Source of the DNA: Flavobacteriales bacterium
GTDB lineage: Bacteria; Bacteroidota; Bacteroidia; Flavobacteriales_F; PHOS-HE28
Reading direction: 5' to 3'
NCBI GenBank assembly: GCA_016712025.1
Contig: JADJRW010000007.1
Span: forward strand, 289-64,288
Length of the DNA stretch: 64,000 nt
Part shown: piece after piece, positions 58,601 through 64,000 of the stretch
Numbering within the stretch: the stretch's first letter is position 1
Layout of the letters: every line of letters starts with the position of its first letter
Position numbers and translations under genes: made by a program
The notes under the pieces: model-generated
Told to the model about the DNA's origin: nothing
The model's input: the letters and a program-made list of their open reading frames with translations, nothing else
Databases searched by the model: none

Positions 58601-59844
58601 ACCGGTGAACACCAGCACGGGAGCGGGCACCTATCTGTGGGATATGGGCGATGGTGTCACGCTGCTCGGACCGGCGCCTACGCACACCTACATCAATGGC
58701 ACTTCCGTCAACCTTTCGCGCACCATCACGTTGATCGCTACATCCGCTTATGGGTGTGCGGATACGTTGCAATGGACCGTGGTCGTGCATCCGGCGCCGA
58801 GCGCCGCGTTCACGGCCACGCCGTTCATCCAGCAGTTCCCGGCGAGCACCGTTACACTGGTGAACAACACGGGTCCCGGAGCGTGGAGCCATGCCTGGGA
58901 ATTCGGCGATGGCGCCAGTTCACCAGCAACAACAGCCGGGATCGCACGCCTATGGCACCTGGGGCCAGTTCACCATCACGCTGGTGGTAACGGACAATGT
59001 GTGCAGCGATACCGCCACGCAAATGGTGGAGATAACGCCGCCTTTGCCCACGGCCTCTTTCATCGGTTCTGGTGAAGGTTGTGCGCCGCTCACCGTGCAG
59101 TTCACCAACACCTCGTTGCTGGCCCAAGGGTATCAGTGGAATTTCGGCGATGGTGGATCGAGCACAGCGGACAATCCGGTGTATACCTGGACACTGCCCG
59201 GCACCTACACAGTCTCGCTTACGGCTTATGGCCCGGGCAACACGGTGAACACGGCGGTGCATGTCGACTCGATCATCGTGCATCCATCGGCCGTGGCCTA
59301 CTTCGTGATCCAGCCCACCTCCGTGATCGTGCCCACCGAGCCGGTCTACCTCTACAACCTATCCGGCAACGCGGACAGCTACCTCTGGAACTTCGGGGAT
59401 GGGAGCACGAGCACAGAACTCAACCCGATCCACCAGTACACCGCACCGGGTAGTTATGACGTGCTATTGATCGCCAACAACCAATGGAACTGTCCGGACA
59501 CTTTCGCGGTACAAGGGGCCGTGACCGGCGAAGCATCGGGCGACATCGCCTTCCCGAACGCCTTCACACCGAACGACAACGGACCCACGGATGGCTACTA
59601 CGATCCACAGTCCTACGACAACGACTTCTTCTTCCCGGTGCAGGAAGGAGTGGAAGGGTTCCGCCTTCAGGTCTTCGACCGCTGGGGTGAGCTCGTGTTC
59701 GAAACCACCGATGTCAAACAAGGTTGGGACGGCTATTACCGCGGTAAGCCGGCCAAGCAGGATGTGTACGCCTGGAAAGCATACGCCCGCTTCAGTGATG
59801 GCCGCGAACGAACGATGACCGGTGACGTCACCCTATTGCGATAG
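55680..59844 (+). CDS. ~1390-aa PKD-repeat surface protein with a T9SS type-B C-terminal domain, with at least three apparent frameshifts
   Basis: GTG start at 55680 (signal MQTFRKLLVSLLGATALVSARAQ). ORFs 55449..56699, 56872..57069, 56730..59075 and 58891..59844 are consecutive pieces, joined near 56631-56642, 57045-57060 and 58915-58925. There are more than 12 repeats of the WDFGDG...S...P.H.Y type. The C-terminus is ...IAFPNAFTPNDNG...FRLQVFDRWGELVFETTD...GWDGYYRGKPAKQDVYAWKA...GDVTLLR. Confidence 0.8.
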
Positions 59845-59848
59845 ACCC

Positions 59849-61443
59849 ATGGAAAAACGATACGCCCTTCTCGTCGCTTTCCCGCTTTTCGTGCTCGGCG
59901 CACAGGCGCAGCAGAACTACACGCGGGTACACAGCCGCATGCTGGAGGAAGCCAAAATGTTGCTGGCCGTCGAGGACTACACCGAGGCCGCCAAGATCTA
60001 CAAGCGGCTGGAGCCGGTGGATACCGCCTTCGCGGAGGTCTCGCACGAGTTGGGCCTGTGCTATGCCAAGGTCTCCGGTGCCCGCGAAAGGCCGTGCCCT
60101 GTTTCGAGCGGGCCATGCGCCATGAATACACAGAAGCTTATTTCCACCTCGGCTTGGCACGGCATCGACAGGAGCGCTTCGATGAGGCCATCGACCTGTT
60201 CAACCGGTACAAGCAGCTTAAGGAACGCGCCGTCGCGGACGCGGATGTGGACCACGCCGTGGCCGTCTCGCGCCAAGCGAAGGAACTGGTGCGCAACCCG
60301 GTCGATGTCCGCATCAAGAACATGGGCGCACAGATCAATTCCAGCGCGCACGACTACTGCCCCTTGGTTACCGCGGATGGCAACCAACTGTTCTTCACAT
60401 CACGCCGGGAGGGTACGACGGGTAGCTTGAAAGATCCCAGCGGCCAGTACTTCGAGGACATCTACACGGCCCGTCGCGTGGACGACATGTGGAGCAATGC
60501 GATGAACGTGGGCGCCCCGCTCAACACCGCGTTGCAGGATGCCACAGTGGGTCTTTCTCCCGATGGATCGAGCATGATCGTCTACCGCACCGGGCGTGAC
60601 CTTGTGAGCGGCGATCTGTTCGAGAGCCGCCGCATGGGCCAGCAGTGGAGCATTCCGGATATCATGACGGAGCGGATCAACTCCCCGCACCATGAACCGA
60701 GCGCGAGCATCGCACCGAGCAATGACGAGATCTACTTCACCAGCGATCGCCCCGGCGGTTTCGGTGGTCGCGACCTGTACCGCATCCGCCGCCTTCCCAA
60801 TGGTGAATGGAGCCTTCCGCTCAACCTGGGCCCCACGGTGAACACGGCATACGATGAGGACGCACCCTTCATGCACAGCGATGGCACCACGCTCTTCTTC
60901 AGTTCCAACGGGCACAGCACCATGGGCGGCTATGACATCTTCAAGACCATGCTGCTGGATTACGACCAAGGTTCCTGGAGCGATCCGGAGAACCTGGGCT
61001 ATCCGGTGAACACGGTGAACGATGACATCTACTTCTGCCTGAGCGAAGATGGCACCACGGGCTACTTCTCCTCGGAGCGTACCGGTGGACTGGGTGCTCA
61101 AGACATCCACGAAGTGATCTTCCCGAACAGCCAGCTGGACTATATGGTTGTGCGCGGCTTGGCGGTGAACGTGCAGGACGAGCCGGTGCGCGCCCGTGTG
61201 GTGCTGATGGACAGTGCCAAGGAGGAGATCGTAGGCATCTACAACACCGATGTGATGACAGGTCGCTACCTGATGGTATTGAAGCCCGGCGACCGCTACC
61301 ACTTCCGCATGGAAGCCGAGGGCTACATGCCGGTCGAGGAAGCGATCCTGGCCGCAGCGCCCGGTGGTTCCAAGGAAATGAGCAAGGAGACCCTGATGCG
61401 CGTTGACGAGAACCACGACCGCCTAACGCGCAATGGTCATTAG
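59849..61443 (+). CDS. Periplasmic/outer-membrane-associated protein with TPR-like N-terminus and PD40 (TolB-like) beta-propeller repeats, with one apparent frameshift
   Basis: ATG 59849 (MEKRYALLVAFPLFVLGAQAQ). ORF 59822..60430 joins ORF 60058..61443 near 60080-60092. PD40-type repeats recur (...DYCPLVTADGNQLFFTS..., ...SPDGSSMIVY..., ...SNDEIYFTSDRPGGFGGRDLY..., ...SDGTTLFFSSNG...GGYDIF..., ...EDGTTGYFSSER...). I saw no OmpA domain. Confidence 0.7.
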
Positions 61444-62430
61444 GCGATCGATAGTCGGGGCTTCGCTGGTGTGGTTGGGTTCCGCCTACGGGCAGGACGC
61501 CCAGTTCACGCAGTTCTACGCGCAGCCCACCTATTTGAGCCCCGCCTTCGCCGGCACCAGTTTGCAGAGCCGCTTCGGCCTCACCTTCCGCGATCAATGG
61601 CCCAGCATTCCCGGGGCCTTCATGACCTACAACGCGGCGTGGGACCATTACATGAGCAACTTGAACAGCGGCGTGGGGCTGCTGGTAACGCATGATCGCG
61701 CCGGCTCCGGAGCGTTGCGCTACACGAGCATCGCCGCACAATACGCCTACGAGATCGAGCTGAAACGCAAGGTTTTCATCCGCCCCGCTTTGCAGTTCGG
61801 ATTCGTGCAGCACGCGGTGGATCTCAGCAAGCTCACCTTCGGCGATCAGCTCGCGCGTGGCGGGGATCTATCGAGCTATGAGCATGCGAATGGCCGCAGC
61901 ATCCGTTACGGGGACATGGGCGCTGGCGTGCTCTTCTTCACGCCCAAGCTCTGGTTGGGCATCGGCCTTCACCATTTGAACGAACCGAACCAATCGTTGC
62001 TACTGAACGAATCAAAGGTGCCGCGGAAGTTCAGCATGCACGGCGGTTACCGCTATCGTCTGCGTTCACCGGTGATCAAGAAGCACCCGGAGAGTATCGT
62101 GGCGGCATTCAATTTCAAGTCCCAAGGCAAGTACGATCAACTGGATCTTGGCGCGTACTACGAACGCGAGCCGTTCTATGCCGGGCTGTGGTACCGGGGC
62201 ATCCCCATGTTCAAATCCTATGCGCCCGGCGAGCCGAACAACGACGCGTTCGCCATCCTCATCGGCTTCATGGTGAACGACCTGCGTATCGGCTACAGCT
62301 ACGACCTCACGATCTCCCGCCTCAGCGCCCGCTCCGGTGGGGCGCATGAACTTACCGTCACCTTCGAGTTGGCCGATCGGCGTAAGAAGCGCGCTATGGC
62401 GAAACGGCGGGTGGTGCCGTGCGCCAAGTT
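61433..62430 (+). CDS. PorP/SprF family type IX secretion system membrane protein; the true 3' end is probably near 62430
   Basis: This is the first ~333 aa of ORF 61433..63235: ...GQDAQFTQFYAQPTYLSPAFAG...FRDQWPSIPGAFMTYNAAWD...GLLVTHDRAG...AHELTVTFEL...RRVVPCAKF. The family typically ends at ...PC-x-KF. The remaining 800 nt of the ORF translate to R/G/P-rich sequence that does not look like protein and run antisense to the ABC-F gene. Confidence 0.8.
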
Positions 62431-62439
62431 CTGCGGCCC

Positions 62440-62770
62440 GCCGAGAAAGCAGTTGGGCGAGGCGATCGGAGGATGGCTTCGGTGGGGTCGGTTGTTCGTA
62501 AAGCCTCCTGGTGGGCGGCTTCACTGCGGGGCGTTCGGCCGCCTGCGGAGGCATGGAGCACGCCGTGAAGCCCCCGAATTCAACAGCGGGATGCGGGTAG
62601 TGAGCGGTCCCTCGTTGCCGGAGCCGCTGGATCGCTCTCCCGAGGGGGATCGCTCGTCGGCAATGGTGCGCCTCGCAGAAGGGGCCGCACGCCGCCAAGG
62701 CTCCGGCAAGGCGCTCGTGGACGTTCTCCAGAACCGACTTCCACCGCTTCCACTCCTGGCGCAGGCTCAA
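62440..62770 (-). other. Candidate small CDS (TTG start) or structured RNA; unresolved
   Basis: N-terminal part of ORF 62066..62770: LSLRQEWKRWKSVLENVHERLAGALAACGPFCEAHHCRRAIPLGRAIQRLRQRG... By hand count over the first 60 codons, G+C is 42/60 at position 1, 32/60 at position 2 and 49/60 at position 3, which is coding-like periodicity. There is no ATG or GTG start, no in-frame stop before it runs antisense into PorP/SprF, and I recognised no family. Confidence 0.2.
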
Positions 62771-62835
62771 GGTGCGTCCTCTACATTTAATGGGGCCTTA
62801 CCGCCATATCAGAAAGTATCCCAGATTGCCAGATG

Positions 62836-62888
62836 GGACAACCGACAATCGACAAGCCGACAACTCATCAATCTCATCAACCATCAAC
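62836..62888. repeat. Short tandem hexamer array: CGACAA x3 (62843, 62850, 62858) then CATCAA x3 (62866, 62875, 62882)
   Basis: Read directly: gacaac CGACAA t CGACAA gc CGACAA ct CATCAA tct CATCAA c CATCAA cc. The plus strand is C-rich and G-poor and the GC content is locally low. The array lies immediately 3' of the ABC-F stop (62905-62903). Confidence 0.8.
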
Positions 62889-62902
62889 CTATCCGGATGT
62901 AC

Positions 62903-64000
62903 TCACCCCTCCTGCTCCGCCTGCTCCGTCAACTCCAGCCAGCGCTCGCTCTGCTTGTCCAGCGAGGCGATCACTTTCTCCAGTTCCAGGGAGAGCTCCA
63001 TGATCTTGTGGTGGTCCGTGCCGCCCTTGGCCAGCGCCAACAGCAGTTCCTCCTTCTTCTTCTCCAAGGCCGGGATCTCGGTGTCCAGGCGCTTCAGCTC
63101 GTTGCGCTCGCCGAAGCTCATCTTCTTTTTCTTCGACCCCGCCGTGGTGGCGCCTCGGCTTTCTGCGCTCTTGGCCGCTGGGGCTTCCACCTTCTTCGGC
63201 TCGGGTGCCGTTGCCTTATTGCGCTGCGCGTATAACTCCCGCGCCTTCTGCATCTCGCGCAGTTCGGTGTAGTTGCCCACCCATTCCTTGATCTTCCCTT
63301 CACCCTCGAACACGAGCAGCTTCGTGCAGATCTTGTCCATGAAGAAACGATCGTGGCTCACCACCAACAGGCAGATGTTCAGCTCGCTCAGGAAATCCTC
63401 CAGCGCGTTCAGCGTGGGGATGTCCAGGTCGTTCGTCGGCTCATCGAGCACGAGCACGTTGGGGTTCTTCATCAGCACCGTGCAGAGGTAGAGGCGGCGC
63501 TTCTCGCCACCGCTCAGCGTGCTCACGTACTGGAACTGCTGTTCCTTGTCGAAGAGGAAACGCTCCAGCAGCGCGGAGGCGGTGAGCGTCTTGCCCTTGC
63601 TCAGCGGGATCACGTCCGCGATGTCGCGCACCACTTCGATGATGCGCTTGTCCTCCTTGATCTCCAGGCCTTGCTGCCCGAAGATGCCGAGGATCACCGT
63701 GCTGCCGACGGAAACGGTGCCCGCGTCCGGTTTGATCTTCTCGGTGAGCAGGTCCAGGAACGTACTTTTTCCGACACCGTTCGGGCCCACGATGCCGATG
63801 CGATCACCGGCTTTCAGCGAGTAGCTCCAATGCGCGACGATAGGCTTGTAGGTCTCCGGTACGGAGGGATCGCCGAAGCTCTTGGTGAGGTTGCGCGCTT
63901 CGATCACCTTGCCGCCGAGGCGCTCGGTCTTCACATCGATGCTCACCTGGTCGCGGCTGAAATCGCGCGTGGCCAGTGACTTGATCACTTCGAACTTGTC
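62903..64000 (-). CDS. ABC-F family ATPase (Uup/YbiT-like), C-terminal ~365 aa; the 5' part lies beyond the window end
   Basis: ORF 62903..63988 is open to the window edge (DKFEVIKSLATRDF...). It contains the second ABC domain (GIVGPNGVGKSTFL, LSGGEKRRLYL, LVLDEPTNDLD) and a Lys/Glu-rich coiled-coil tail (...KKKKMSFGERNELKRLDTEIPALEKKKEELL...). Confidence 0.9.
   Translation of the reverse strand, partial: DKFEVIKSLATRDFSRDQVSIDVKTERLGGKVIEARNLTKSFGDPSVPETYKPIVAHWSYSLKAGDRIGIVGPNGVGKSTFLDLLTEKIKPDAGTVSVGSTVILGIFGQQGLEIKEDKRIIEVVRDIADVIPLSKGKTLTASALLERFLFDKEQQFQYVSTLSGGEKRRLYLCTVLMKNPNVLVLDEPTNDLDIPTLNALEDFLSELNICLLVVSHDRFFMDKICTKLLVFEGEGKIKEWVGNYTELREMQKARELYAQRNKATAPEPKKVEAPAAKSAESRGATTAGSKKKKMSFGERNELKRLDTEIPALEKKKEELLLALAKGGTDHHKIMELSLELEKVIASLDKQSERWLELTEQAEQEG

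Noticed and set aside
55680-59844. Regularly spaced repeats that could be mistaken for a CRISPR-like or tandem DNA repeat array.
   Set aside because: The periodicity is ~240-270 bp and corresponds to PKD protein domains (WDFGDG motifs). The repeats are diverged at the DNA level, and there are no short identical direct repeats with unique spacers.
3687-60092. Reading the many frame changes as programmed ribosomal frameshifting or as phase-variable contingency loci.
   Set aside because: I saw no slippery heptamers or stimulatory structures. The sites are heterogeneous (both +1 and -1, often in compensating pairs) and affect unrelated housekeeping genes. Only the G11/G10 tracts at 598-629 are long enough for slipped-strand phase variation, and they are intergenic.
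62440-62790. Possible RNase P RNA on the minus strand. GGUGGAAGUCGGUUCUGG resembles the CR-I element GAGGAAAGUCCGGGCUCC. ACGAACAACCGAC resembles the CR-V element ACAGAACCCGGCU and could pair with it as P4.
   Set aside because: The rest of the type-A architecture is missing. There is no room for P2/P3 between the putative P1 and P4 strands. I found no GGUAAGAGC-type or AGGGUGAAA-type conserved blocks and no P2 complement. The resemblance is limited to two short GC-rich strings. Only an Rfam RF00010 scan could revive the idea.
62798-62905. Stop-codon read-through linking ABC-F to the downstream minus-strand frame: TGA ... MVDEIDELSACRLSVVPSGNLGYFLIWR TAA ... LSLRQEWKRW..., all in one phase.
   Set aside because: Two different in-frame stops, a sharp drop in GC and the hexamer-repeat composition all argue that the ~130-nt spacer is non-coding. 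The shared phase has a 1-in-3 chance per junction and may be coincidence.
61433-63235. The 600-aa ORF taken at face value as an extended PorP/SprF protein.
   Set aside because: Only the first ~333 aa match the family, ending at the usual ...PC-x-KF. The remainder is R/G/P-rich sequence that does not look like protein, and beyond 62903 it is antisense to the ABC-F gene in its shadow frame.

Overview
High-GC chromosomal window from a Bacteroidota-type genome. The taxonomic call rests on type-A and type-B T9SS C-terminal sorting domains, a PorP/SprF gene, DUF2147/DUF4783/DUF4834 families, lipoprotein signals and TAnnTTTG -7 boxes.

Content from left to right:
- a partial MBOAT O-acyltransferase;
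- glycan locus 1: DUF4834, YfhO, GT4, methyltransferase, Wzx, GT2 and a decayed methyltransferase;
- a T9SS DNRLRE protein, two tandem DUF2147 genes, and a polysaccharide deacetylase plus GNAT;
- an M1 metallopeptidase with a beta-barrel-like tail;
- yihY, nadC, DUF4783 and rlmH;
- glycan locus 2: methyltransferase, polytopic membrane protein, GT-B, GT2, GT4 and Wzx;
- rdgB, ddl, a sulfotransferase, a PASTA protein, a T9SS cargo and rluD;
- a complete menaquinone operon (thioesterase-menF-menD-menB-menA-menC-menE);
- an orphan OmpR-type response regulator and another T9SS cargo;
- AddB-like and AddA-like nuclease/helicase genes separated by an inserted block;
- an MbnP-like lipoprotein with two di-haem MauG/CCP-type peroxidases, and an Lpd/SthA-like flavoprotein;
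- a ~1390-aa PKD-repeat type-B T9SS adhesin with a TPR/PD40 protein and PorP/SprF;
- an unexplained ~470-bp segment, then a partial ABC-F ATPase.

I recognised no rRNA, tRNA, CRISPR array, transposase or integrase.

Main caveat: about 30 single-base frame changes interrupt otherwise recognisable genes, housekeeping genes included. Many sit at short homopolymers and they cluster locally. I therefore re-joined many ORF-track fragments by hand, and sequence error has to be excluded before any gene is called a pseudogene.

No single clearly novel multi-gene system stands out. The best leads are the MbnP/2xMbnH module, the unexplained 62.4-62.9 kb segment, the poly-G spacer, the M1-peptidase/barrel fusion and the split AddAB-like pair.
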